Origin: an uncultured Bacteroidales bacterium
Lineage (GTDB): Bacteria > Bacteroidota > Bacteroidia > Bacteroidales > P3
Direction: 5' to 3'
Assembly: GCA_947167075.1 (NCBI GenBank)
Contig: CAMVGR010000004.1
Span: 73,597-137,596 of the forward strand
DNA: 64,000 bases
Shown here: piece by piece, positions 47,404 through 55,955 of the stretch
Layout: each line of letters starts with the position of its first letter
Numbering within the stretch: position 1 is the first letter of the stretch
Program-made: the position numbers and the translations under genes
Notes under the pieces: model-generated
Database searches by the model: none
What the model saw: only the letters and a program-made list of their open reading frames with translations
Told to the model about the DNA's origin: nothing

Positions 47404-49977
47404 TTAACTGCATTTGCTCCATCCACAGTTGGGACAGCTCTTACAGCCATTGTTGTAGACCAGTTTGCCTCCACAGTCGGGACACACTTCTTCGGTCTCT
47501 GTACCATCTTTTATGTAGCGTTTCAGTGCTCGTGCCACACCATTGCTCCAAGTGGTGATGCTGTCGTTGTCGAAGTTCAGTTTTCCGATGAGCTCCACTA
47601 CATTGGGGATAGGCATTCCATGGCGCAGGATACCGGAGATGAGTTTGGCATAGTTCCAGTACTCTTTACGGAACATGCGAGATAGGCCTTCCATGGTGAC
47701 ATGGTAGCCGTCTTGGTCTTGGTATTGGAAATCGTAGCGTGCGTGTTCGTCGCCCTTCTCTTTCACTCGGATTACCCATCCTTTCTCTACCCATTTCGGC
47801 AGGAGGAAGCTTTCGGAGCGTCCGGTGAAGATTTCATATGGACGACCCTCGTACATGCCTACCACAGCAATCCAGTCCTCTTTCTCGTTTTTGAACCTTA
47901 CTACTTCGGCTTCCAGTTTCTTGGGACGTTTTGGAGCTTTGCTGTCGCCGAACACAGGGGTGTCTTTCTTTCCTTCGCTACTGCTTACCAGTACGCCTGT
48001 ACGCGAGCCATCACGATAGATGGTGCAACCTTTGCATCCGCTTTCCCATGCTGCTTCGTAGATTTTGGCGACGGTTTCCTTGGTGGTCTCCTTCGGTATA
48101 TTGACAGTGACGCTGATCGAATGGTCGACCCACTTCTGTATCTCTCCCTGCATGCGAACTTTTGCTACCCAGTCAATGTCGGCACTCGTGGCATGGAAAT
48201 AGGGGCTCTTCTCGACCAGGTTGTTTAGGTCGCTATCCTCCATTTGCTGAACCTGGTTAATGTCGTAGCCATTCACCTTGGCCCATTCTAGGAATTTGGG
48301 ATGGAACACATTGTATTCCTCAAAGTAGTCGCCATTTTCGTCTTTGATGATTCTGTGCTGTGACGAGTCTTTGTCGTTGGGGTTGATCTTTTTGCGTCTT
48401 TTGTAGTTGACAAGGAACACCGGCTCAATTCCTGACGTTGTCTGTGTGCAGATGCTAACAGTTCCAGTGGGTGCTATGGTGAGAAGAGCGATATTTCGTC
48501 GCCCATATTTGGTCATTTCTTGATACAGTTCGGGGTCTGCTTCACGAATGCGGGTGATGAGGGGGTTATTCTCTTCCCGCTTGGCGTTGTAGATGGGGAA
48601 GGCTCCGCGTTCTTTTGCCAGTTGAACGCTCGAGCTGTACGCAGCTAGGCAAAGGGTGCGATGTACATTCACCGCAAATTTGATGCCCTCGTCGGTGCCG
48701 TATTTCAGCCCTAATGCTGCTAGCATGTCGCCCTCTGCGGTGATTCCAAAACCGGAACGGCGCCCTTCCAGGCACTTGAGCTTGATGTTAAGCCACAGGT
48801 TGTGCTCCACTTGCTTTATTTCCTCACTTTCCGGATCGCTTTCGATCTTCTTTAGTATCTGGTCTACTTTTTCTAGTTCCAGGTCGATAAGGTCGTCCAT
48901 TAGGCGTTGTCCTTTTTGGACATGCTCACGGAAAAGGTCGAAGTCGAACTGTGCATGAGGTGTGAATGGATCTTTGACGTAACTATATAGGTTGATGGCT
49001 TGCAGTCGGCAGCTGTCGTATGGACAGAGGGGTATTTCGCCGCAGGGGTTGGTACTGACAGTTCTGTAGCCAAAGTCGGCATAGCAGTCGGGGACGCTTT
49101 CACGAAGTATGGTGTCCCAAAAAAGCACTCCAGGTTCAGCTGCACTCCATGCATTGGCAATAATCTTATTCCATAATGCTTTTGCATCGATCTCTTTTAC
49201 TACGGTTGGATTCTTGGAATCGATGGGGTACTGCTGTTTGAAAGGCTTGCCAGAACGCACGCATTCCATGAATTCATCGGTGATTTTTACACTCACATTG
49301 GCTCCAGTGATCTTCCCTTGCTCAAGCTTTGCATCGATAAACTGCTCTGCATCAGGGTGCTTGATGCTTATCGATAGCATTAGGGCTCCGCGTCGCCCAC
49401 CCTGTGCCACCTCGCGGGTGGTGTTAGAGTAGCGTTGCATAAAGGGTACTATACCAGTCGATGTAAGGGCTGAGTTTTTGACAGGACTGCCTCCCGGACG
49501 AATGTGGCTAAGGTCATGCCCCACACCTCCGCGGCGTTTCATCAGTTGCACCTGCTCCTGGTCGATCTTCATGATGCCGCCATAGCTGTCGCTTTCACCC
49601 TGATTGCCAATGACAAAACAATTACTGAGTGATACTATCTGGAAGTTATTCCCTATTCCGCTCATCGGACTTCCTTGAGGTACAATGTAGCGGAAATCCT
49701 TCAGTAGTTGGTATATTTTCTCTTCCCCCAATGGGTTGGGGTATTTCTGCTCGATACGTGCATACTCATGTGCCAATCGCCGGTGCATCATATCGGGGTT
49801 GAGTTCGAATATTCTGTCCCCGTCGCGCAAGGCATACTTGTTCATCCATACGTTTGCCGCTAGCTCGTCGCCGTGAAAATATTCCACGCTCGATTCCATG
49901 ATCTCCTGTGTGGTGTACTGCTTCAACTCTTGCGGAGTCGTCTGTTGTTCCGTCGATGTAAAAAGATTGCCTTGCAT
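47404..49977 (-). CDS. nrdJ: Adenosylcobalamin-dependent (class II) ribonucleotide reductase
   Basis: 857 aa with the class II-type active-site motif STNPCGEIPL and a C-terminal Cys4 zinc ribbon (CPDCGGKLVYNNGCKSCPNCG). Confidence 0.85.
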   Translation of the reverse strand: MQGNLFTSTEQQTTPQELKQYTTQEIMESSVEYFHGDELAANVWMNKYALRDGDRIFELNPDMMHRRLAHEYARIEQKYPNPLGEEKIYQLLKDFRYIVPQGSPMSGIGNNFQIVSLSNCFVIGNQGESDSYGGIMKIDQEQVQLMKRRGGVGHDLSHIRPGGSPVKNSALTSTGIVPFMQRYSNTTREVAQGGRRGALMLSISIKHPDAEQFIDAKLEQGKITGANVSVKITDEFMECVRSGKPFKQQYPIDSKNPTVVKEIDAKALWNKIIANAWSAAEPGVLFWDTILRESVPDCYADFGYRTVSTNPCGEIPLCPYDSCRLQAINLYSYVKDPFTPHAQFDFDLFREHVQKGQRLMDDLIDLELEKVDQILKKIESDPESEEIKQVEHNLWLNIKLKCLEGRRSGFGITAEGDMLAALGLKYGTDEGIKFAVNVHRTLCLAAYSSSVQLAKERGAFPIYNAKREENNPLITRIREADPELYQEMTKYGRRNIALLTIAPTGTVSICTQTTSGIEPVFLVNYKRRKKINPNDKDSSQHRIIKDENGDYFEEYNVFHPKFLEWAKVNGYDINQVQQMEDSDLNNLVEKSPYFHATSADIDWVAKVRMQGEIQKWVDHSISVTVNIPKETTKETVAKIYEAAWESGCKGCTIYRDGSRTGVLVSSSEGKKDTPVFGDSKAPKRPKKLEAEVVRFKNEKEDWIAVVGMYEGRPYEIFTGRSESFLLPKWVEKGWVIRVKEKGDEHARYDFQYQDQDGYHVTMEGLSRMFRKEYWNYAKLISGILRHGMPIPNVVELIGKLNFDNDSITTWSNGVARALKRYIKDGTETEEVCPDCGGKLVYNNGCKSCPNCGWSKCS

Positions 49978-50478
49978 TGTGCTATATTTTTGTCTATTTT
50001 ATTCTATTATTGAACGATATGTTGGATCGAACTATCTTCTTTCAAGATACGAAAGTAGATAGAAAATACCAAATCGCAGCAAATAGTTATCCACAAAAAA
50101 TGACATTTTATTACAAAACAATTACAGATACAATAGTTTGGTCGGTTGATAACTTGCCCTTTTGTGAGAAACTGTACAAACTAAATTTCACATTTGGGAC
50201 ATAATCATAAGATGTCGACTTTTCTCTAATGAAATAATTTGCAATTATTATATAATATTGATTTTCAAAAAGATGTATGCATATTTAACGTGACGACAGT
50301 ATTTGGGTGAAAAAACGTAATTTACCAACAATAGTTTGGATTATTTATACATCCTCTAGGTGTTAATAGAGAGAGTTAAACAAAAAAAACTATTATAATA
50401 GTATGCTGAAAAACAATGGTGTGTGAAGTAATATAAGGTTTTTTGAAAAAAAAATTTTGCCACGTCGAAATTAATGTG

Positions 50479-50486
50479 TACTTTTG
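50479..50486 (+). promoter_or_regulatory. -7 promoter box (TACTTTTG) for tRNA-Ala
   Basis: Matches TAnnTTTG, 25 nt upstream of the tRNA 5' end. Confidence 0.6.
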
Positions 50487-50510
50487 CAGCCGATTTAGAA
50501 AGAACAGTGA

Positions 50511-50584
<74 letters not shown>

Positions 50585-50590
50585 CAAATT

Positions 50591-50620
50591 AGAGAGGATT
50601 CAAATGAATCCTCTCTTTTT
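50591..50620 (+). terminator. Rho-independent terminator after tRNA-Ala
   Basis: AGAGAGGATTC-AAAT-GAATCCTCTCT followed by TTTT. Confidence 0.8.
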
Positions 50621-50658
50621 ATCTTTTTTATTGAGTGTGAGGCAACGTCATGCAATGA

Positions 50659-51261
50659 TCAGACGGCAATTACCACATCCTTTATCACCGACGATAGTCC
50701 GCCAGCAAACAGCTTGACGCTCATTGCCAACAGGATAACACCGAAGAACTTACGCAGTACATATATAATCTCGCCACCCAGTCGATTGGCGATCTTGTCG
50801 AGGAAGCGAATTACCATATAGTCGAGCAGAATATTCAGTAGCAGTCCCAACAGGATGTTGATGGTTGCGTATTCGGCCCGAAGCGATATAAGGGCTGTGA
50901 TAGCTCCTGGTCCAGCTATAAGTGGGAATGCAATGGGAACAATGCTTGCTCCCGACATGGTGGGCTCGTTCTTGATAATTTCACGCCCAAGCACCATTTC
51001 TAGAGCCAAGATAAACAATACCAACGATCCAGCAACAGCAAAACTGCCGGTATCGATACTGAACAATCGCAGCAAAGCATCTCCCAAGAAGTAGAAGGCC
51101 ACGAAGATGAGCAGTGCCGCACCTGTTGCTTGAAGTGCATTAATCTTTTTCCCCTGCTCGCGCATCGAGACAAAGATGGGTATAGACCCGGTAATATCTA
51201 TGATGGCAAACATTACGAGAAATGTACTGAAAATCTCTACAATATTTATTGATTGAAACAT
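50659..51261 (-). CDS. MarC-family (UPF0056) integral membrane protein
   Basis: 200 aa with six hydrophobic segments and a typical MarC N-terminus (FLVMFAIIDITGSIPIF). Confidence 0.75.
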   Translation of the reverse strand: MFQSINIVEIFSTFLVMFAIIDITGSIPIFVSMREQGKKINALQATGAALLIFVAFYFLGDALLRLFSIDTGSFAVAGSLVLFILALEMVLGREIIKNEPTMSGASIVPIAFPLIAGPGAITALISLRAEYATINILLGLLLNILLDYMVIRFLDKIANRLGGEIIYVLRKFFGVILLAMSVKLFAGGLSSVIKDVVIAV

Positions 51262-51272
51262 AATAAGATGAT

Positions 51273-52193
51273 TTAAGATTCGTCAATATTGTCTAATATG
51301 TTTAAATAATTCTGATAGCGCTCGGAGCTGATGGTGCCACTTTCGACTGCTTCTTTTACTGCACACTGTGGTTCATGACGGTGGGTGCAGTTGGCGTAGT
51401 GGCATCTTGGTATCAATGGGCGCATCTCTGGAAAGAAGTGTGACAGTTCCTGTGCCGAAAAATCGACCATTCCAAACTCTTTTATGCCAGGAGTATCGAT
51501 CAGGTAAGTCTCTTGTGGTAGGGGATATATCTCGGCAAATGTGGTGGTGTGTTTCCCTTTCAAGCTCCACTCCGAGAGCTGACCGACACGCAACTGCAAT
51601 TCGGGACAGATGGCGTTCAGCAAAGCACTCTTTCCTACTCCGCTGTGTCCGCTGAATAGCACCGTCCGACCTGCTATCAGCTGTTTCACCTCGTCGATAT
51701 GGTCTCCTCTCAATGCCGACACCTCCAGCACAGGGTAACCCGCTTTTCTGTATATGTCGACATACTCCTTTTGAAGTGCTTGCAGGGCTGAATCCTGAAG
51801 CATATCCGACTTGTTTAATATCAAACATGCTGGGATATGATAAGCCTCTGCCGTAACAAGCAGGCGATCGATAAAGCCCGTCGAGGTGCGAGGCAAAGCC
51901 ACTGTCGCTACTACGCACAGCAGGTCGATATTGGAGGCGATGACGTGGGTCTGCTTGCTGAGTTTGGTAGCTCGCCGGACGATATAGTTTCGGCGGTCGC
52001 ACACATCGTTGATGATGCCGGTGCCGTCTTCCTGCAATTCGAACATCACATGGTCGCCAACTGCCACAGGATTTGTCTGCTTCGAACCACGCAGGCGGTA
52101 GTTGCCTCTCAATCGGCATTCGACTGGGCCAGGCATCACTCTGTACCAGCTGCCGGTAGTCCGTATCACCAACCCCTCAATCATTGCTGCCAT
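51273..52193 (-). CDS. rsgA: Ribosome small subunit-dependent GTPase A
   Basis: Circularly permuted GTPase (NKSD ... GHSGVGKSALLN ... DTPG) plus a C-terminal zinc motif (CHYANCTHRHEPQC). Confidence 0.9.
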   Translation of the reverse strand: MAAMIEGLVIRTTGSWYRVMPGPVECRLRGNYRLRGSKQTNPVAVGDHVMFELQEDGTGIINDVCDRRNYIVRRATKLSKQTHVIASNIDLLCVVATVALPRTSTGFIDRLLVTAEAYHIPACLILNKSDMLQDSALQALQKEYVDIYRKAGYPVLEVSALRGDHIDEVKQLIAGRTVLFSGHSGVGKSALLNAICPELQLRVGQLSEWSLKGKHTTTFAEIYPLPQETYLIDTPGIKEFGMVDFSAQELSHFFPEMRPLIPRCHYANCTHRHEPQCAVKEAVESGTISSERYQNYLNILDNIDES

Positions 52194-52719
52194 TCTCCTT
52201 GTAGTGTATCGGGCGGCCTATCCCTTTATATCTCTTGCGATAGTAGGGCTCGGTGCTGCGAGTGTAGCGTACTCCGTCGCTGGCTGCATGGATGAAACGG
52301 AAACCAGACGAATCGACCTCGGTAACCAATCCCACATGCCCTATGGCCTCTCCTCCGCCACGTCCGCCGTAGAAGACCAGATCGCCAGGCTGTACAGCTG
52401 TGTCTGCCACATGCTCGCATTGACGATACTGTCCGCCCGCCGAGGCTGCTAGTTCGAGTCCGTATTTCAGAAAGACATATCGTGTGAATCCTGCACAATC
52501 GAATCCTTTAGGACTTTTTCCACCATAGCGATAGGGGGCACCCAAGTGGCTACTGGCGTAGGCTATCACGGTATCGGCTTCCACCGCCACCTCTTGTCCT
52601 GCAACGGGTGTCGACAAGAGCATTATAACCCAGGCCACTAGCATTATTTGTATTGCAGAACACCATTGTGCCAGAGGTTTATGTCCGCAGCCAATTCTCT
52701 GTCCTTTTTTCTCGATCAT
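52177..52719 (-). CDS. NlpC/P60 (C40) family peptidoglycan peptidase
   Basis: Catalytic Cys motif (GFDCAGFTRYVF) and a conserved His (GHVGLV). I chose the start at MIEKKGQ (ATG 52719), which forms an ATGA overlap with the upstream stop. Confidence 0.8.
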   Translation of the reverse strand: MIEKKGQRIGCGHKPLAQWCSAIQIMLVAWVIMLLSTPVAGQEVAVEADTVIAYASSHLGAPYRYGGKSPKGFDCAGFTRYVFLKYGLELAASAGGQYRQCEHVADTAVQPGDLVFYGGRGGGEAIGHVGLVTEVDSSGFRFIHAASDGVRYTRSTEPYYRKRYKGIGRPIHYKENGSND

Positions 52720-53816
52720 TCCGGAAGCTTTATCTCTTTGAATCGACGCTGCCGCTGCTGCCAACGCTCGCGGGCATACTGCTGCATGTCCGTCACCTCG
52801 TCGCTCTCGTCAATTATTTCCAAACCGAAAATGGTTTCGATAATGTCCTCGAGGGTTATAATTCCCTGGAATGCACCATATTCATCGATAATGCCTCCGA
52901 TCTGTTCCTTGTGTTTCAGAAGCGAGTCCCAGATGTCGGCCACCGACATTTCCTCGTTGAACAGCGGTATGGGGCGTTTGATGTCGCCCAGTGTCTTTTG
53001 GAAATGATCCTCAGCCAGCTCCTCCAGTGCCTCGCTACGCAGCACATAGCCGGTAATGAAATCCTCGTCGTCGGCATAGAGGGGAATGCGCGAGAAGTGT
53101 GAGCAATCTGCCATCTTGTAGAAATCGCGAAGGGTCATCGACTCTGGCGCTATGGCCGCCACCACACGTGGGGTCATCACATCGTAGGCCTTCACGTCGT
53201 TTAGCTTGATGACATTTTGGATGATCTTGTTCTCATCCTCGTCGATCACTCCTTCATCCTCGCCCATATCAGCCATGGCCGCCACTTCCTCACGACTCAC
53301 CGAGGCTTCGTCGTCGTCTTTGGGTGCAATCAGCTTGGTGAGCCACTCCACCAGTAGCACCACAGGATACAACACTACAATAAGTAGGCGGATGATGTAC
53401 GCCGTGGGTATCATCAGTCTGCGCCACTGGCTGGTACCGATAGTTTTAGGTATGATCTCGCTGAAAATGAGGATAAGCACCGTAGTGACAGCACTCACCA
53501 CACCAAACCACTCGCTACCAAACACCAGCGTTGCCTGACGACCCACGCCTGCTGCACCTATGGTGTTGGCTATGGTGTTCAGCGACAGAATGGCTGCAAT
53601 GGCCCGTGCATTGTCCAGCTTGTAGCGTTTGAACAGTGCTGCTCCTCGGCTGCCACGTTTGCGCTTAACACTACTTCCGTCTTCCGGCTCTTCGTTGCCC
53701 TCATCCTCTCGCATGGTGACATAACTCAGCGGTGTCGACATCAAAACACTCTCCAGCACCGAGCAGAGGAAAGAGATACACATCGCCGAAGCGAGAAATA
53801 CTATCAATAAAGTCAT
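52716..53816 (-). CDS. CNNM/DUF21-CBS family membrane protein (hemolysin/CorC-like)
   Basis: N-terminal DUF21-type TM region followed by a CBS-pair region (DVMTPRV...). 366 aa. Confidence 0.75.
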   Translation of the reverse strand: MTLLIVFLASAMCISFLCSVLESVLMSTPLSYVTMREDEGNEEPEDGSSVKRKRGSRGAALFKRYKLDNARAIAAILSLNTIANTIGAAGVGRQATLVFGSEWFGVVSAVTTVLILIFSEIIPKTIGTSQWRRLMIPTAYIIRLLIVVLYPVVLLVEWLTKLIAPKDDDEASVSREEVAAMADMGEDEGVIDEDENKIIQNVIKLNDVKAYDVMTPRVVAAIAPESMTLRDFYKMADCSHFSRIPLYADDEDFITGYVLRSEALEELAEDHFQKTLGDIKRPIPLFNEEMSVADIWDSLLKHKEQIGGIIDEYGAFQGIITLEDIIETIFGLEIIDESDEVTDMQQYARERWQQRQRRFKEIKLPE

Positions 53817-53840
53817 TTATTTTACGTATAAAAAGCGATG

Positions 53841-53848
53841 CAAAAGTA
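53841..53848 (-). promoter_or_regulatory. -7 promoter box (TACTTTTG) for the CNNM operon
   Basis: Top strand reads CAAAAGTA, 25 nt upstream of the ATG at 53816. Confidence 0.5.
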
Positions 53849-54063
53849 CACAATTTTTTTGACATGTACGGGAACATATTTCCTTTTGCCTTTTTTATTA
53901 TAAACATATAAATTTGTAAGCCATTTATATTCATATATATGCGCTTCTTGTCGTTGGACTACTTGCCGCATATCATCAGCTCGTATCCGCTCCTTTCGAC
54001 TTCTTTTTGCACCCTTTTCTAACGCACTTGGCTCATCTTCGGCTCAATACACCCCTCTTCCAC

Positions 54064-54118
54064 GTATCACTACCGTACTTCAACCGTACATGCACCGTAC
54101 ATGCACCGTACATGAACC
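54064..54118 (-). repeat. 11-bp phased tandem array, copy E (top strand GTATCACTACC GTACTTCAACC GTACATGCACC GTACATGCACC GTACATGAACC)
   Basis: Read directly. It is intergenic, with the same unit order as copy B. Confidence 0.95.
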
Positions 54119-54228
54119 GTGACGATACGTGGGCAACATGGAGTATCGACGGTGCATCGACCTGCGGTGATGGAAGCAATGCCATGATGTTGGGGGAGAA
54201 AATATTGCGGCGATTGAAGAAAAGTTTG

Positions 54229-54236
54229 TATATTTG
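54229..54236 (+). promoter_or_regulatory. -7 promoter-like box (TATATTTG) 110 nt downstream of array E
   Basis: Matches TAnnTTTG. The next plus-strand gene is 54524..55240, beyond the antisense tRNA-Val. Confidence 0.4.
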
Positions 54237-54353
54237 CATTGTTTTTCACAACATCAAACAACAGTAAAACATGAACGAAACAAGCCGATTGGCTTTCTGG
54301 AACAGAATAGAAACCAACACGATGCACAGAATGGAACGGAAAAAGGGGACATC

Positions 54354-54376
54354 AAAAAAAGCCCTTGCAGAAGGGC
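54354..54376 (-). terminator. Rho-independent terminator after tRNA-Val
   Basis: On the minus strand, a GCCCTT-CTGC-AAGGGC hairpin followed by TTTTTTT. Confidence 0.7.
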
Positions 54377-54383
54377 TTCGGAG

Positions 54384-54458
54384 TGGTCTGTGGGAGATTC
54401 GAACTCTCGACCTCTTCCGTGTGAAGGAAGCGCTCTAAACCAACTGAGCTAACAGACC
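54384..54458 (-). tRNA. tRNA-Val (anticodon CAC)
   Basis: I folded the cloverleaf by hand from the reverse complement: acceptor GGTCTGT/ACAGACC, D-arm GCTC-AGTTGGTTTA-GAGC, anticodon loop TTCACAC, T-loop TTCGAAT. There is one A-C mismatch in the T-stem. 75 nt. Confidence 0.88.
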
Positions 54459-54480
54459 TTTGATTTCTCAAAATCGGGTG

Positions 54481-54488
54481 CAAAAATA
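54481..54488 (-). promoter_or_regulatory. -7 promoter box (TATTTTTG) for tRNA-Val
   Basis: Top strand reads CAAAAATA, 23 nt upstream of the tRNA 5' end. Confidence 0.6.
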
Positions 54489-54523
54489 CACACTTTTTTT
54501 CAACTGGCAAAATTTTATTTCTA

Positions 54524-55240
54524 ATGAAAAGAAAAAAAGACTCCAACGGACACTCACAGATCATCGGTATAGTTTGGTTATCAGTAGCATTAGCGATTTT
54601 TGTATTGTTGGTAATTTTTTCGAGGCATAATGGTAGACCAGCCGATAATTCTTCCGATTTATCCGATACCACGATAGCAAATTTGTCCCACCAAGAAGAC
54701 TCGGCATACCAGATTCGTCGCAAGGAAAAGAATTTCAATGTGGTATACGATAAACCTACACATAATAGCCCCACTAAGGAGATCCCCACAGAGCAGCCGA
54801 ACATGAAGTCGAATATCACACGCCAGCCGCTGGTGGTGGAACTGAATTCATCCGACACTATCACCCTACAATTGCTCCATGGAATTGGCCCTACATTTGC
54901 CGATAGGATTGTCCGCTATCGCAATCGGCTGGGCGGTTTCGTTAGCACCGACCAACTGCTCGAAGTCTACGGTTTTTCGCCCGAACTACTGGCACACATA
55001 GCACCCTATATCAAGGTGGACACTACTCAGATTAGGACTATTCCCATCAACACCATTGCGTTGAAAGAACTGATAAGACATCCCTACGTAGAATACTATC
55101 AAGCTAGGGATATAGTCCGCTTGCGACAGCAAGGCATCCTCATCCACTCTATCGACGATTTGCGTGCAGTTCCATCCATGACCGACTCTACCATCGAAAA
55201 ACTCATCCCCTATATCGACTTTTCGATTCGCGAAGAATGA
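54524..55240 (+). CDS. ComEA-like helix-hairpin-helix DNA-binding membrane protein
   Basis: N-terminal TM segment (IIGIVWLSVALAIFVLLVIF) and two HhH-type motifs (LLHGIGPTFADRIVRYRNRLGGF ... ). 238 aa. Confidence 0.7.
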   Translation: MKRKKDSNGHSQIIGIVWLSVALAIFVLLVIFSRHNGRPADNSSDLSDTTIANLSHQEDSAYQIRRKEKNFNVVYDKPTHNSPTKEIPTEQPNMKSNITRQPLVVELNSSDTITLQLLHGIGPTFADRIVRYRNRLGGFVSTDQLLEVYGFSPELLAHIAPYIKVDTTQIRTIPINTIALKELIRHPYVEYYQARDIVRLRQQGILIHSIDDLRAVPSMTDSTIEKLIPYIDFSIREE

Positions 55241-55339
55241 GAGACCGTCACCAAGCATAACCTTCTTAACAAAAGCCTATCGGAAGGTGATATTTTTACT
55301 TTAACTAACATTTTATTCTTCTAATTCGAATAATTTGTG

Positions 55340-55347
55340 TATCTTTG
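55340..55347 (+). promoter_or_regulatory. Orphan -7 promoter-like box (TATCTTTG) abutting the flippase fragment
   Basis: Matches TAnnTTTG on the plus strand, but the sequence downstream of it is the antisense of the gene fragment at 55353..55583. Confidence 0.3.
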
Positions 55348-55352
55348 CCACT

Positions 55353-55583
55353 TCATATCTCGCTCTTGAACCACGGGAAGAAGCGCACGATGCTGGCGTT
55401 GGTGCCCAGCTGGGCGAGGGAGGAGAAGAGCAGGGCAGCGTCGACCATGACGCGCGTGAGGCCGATTTCCTCCTGCGTCAGGTAGCGCGTCAGTACGAAA
55501 AAGGAGACGAAGAAACCAATGGCCACCCCAAGATAGTTGGCCATCGCCCCTTTGATACTTTGTCGTGCTATTACTCCCATCAT
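55353..55583 (-). pseudogene. N-terminal fragment (76 codons) of a polysaccharide/oligosaccharide flippase-like (Wzx/MOP-type) gene
   Basis: MMGVIARQSIKGAMANYLGVAIGFFVSFFVLTRYLTQEEIGLTRVMVDAALLF... looks like the first two TM helices of a flippase of about 450-500 aa. The ORF stops abruptly at a sequence junction. The family assignment is from memory. Confidence 0.4.
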
Positions 55584-55763
55584 GATTTTTCTCCTAACGG
55601 CATTTCTTTTTATTTATAGTGTATGATAAAAAATTATCGAGATAATATAAAGTTGTAAAGATATGAAAAATGCTCCATCTGCCTAACGGACAGATAGATG
55701 TGTCTGTTCCCTGAGTCCGCTTCCCCCAAGGGAATACACCAGGCAAACTCCCTGTCGACTCTT

Positions 55764-55811
55764 GTATTGTGACTATACTTCGACCATACGCCCACCATAC
55801 ACCCACCTGTG
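55764..55811 (-). repeat. Degenerate 11-bp phased array (copy H)
   Basis: The reverse complement reads GGTGGGTGTAT GGTGGGCGTAT GGTCGAAGTAT AGTCACAATAC. It has the same architecture as copy A (core units, then a GAAGTAY unit). ATAC recurs every 11 nt on the top strand. Confidence 0.65.
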
Positions 55812-55911
55812 GGTGGTTCGTGCATGCGGCATCTCCCGCTGTCCATTGGGCGGATGGGGTGAAAAAAAATGTCAAAAAAGGATATTTTTTTGCGATATCA
55901 AAAAAAAGTTG

Positions 55912-55919
55912 TATTTTTG
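55912..55919 (+). promoter_or_regulatory. -7 promoter box (TATTTTTG) for 55956..59333
   Basis: Matches TAnnTTTG, 37 nt upstream of the ATG at 55956. Confidence 0.55.
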
Positions 55920-55955
55920 CACGTTTTATTACTAAGGTGATTTGTTTGTAAATAT

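Noticed and set aside
55352-55667. A 9-bp inverted repeat (TTCATATCT at 55352-55360 and AGATATGAA at 55659-55667) flanking the flippase fragment, as a possible invertible promoter (inverton)
   Set aside because: Only 9 bp match, with no extension. The enclosed segment contains no promoter box. Inversion would not restore an intact gene. The match is compatible with chance in AT-rich sequence.
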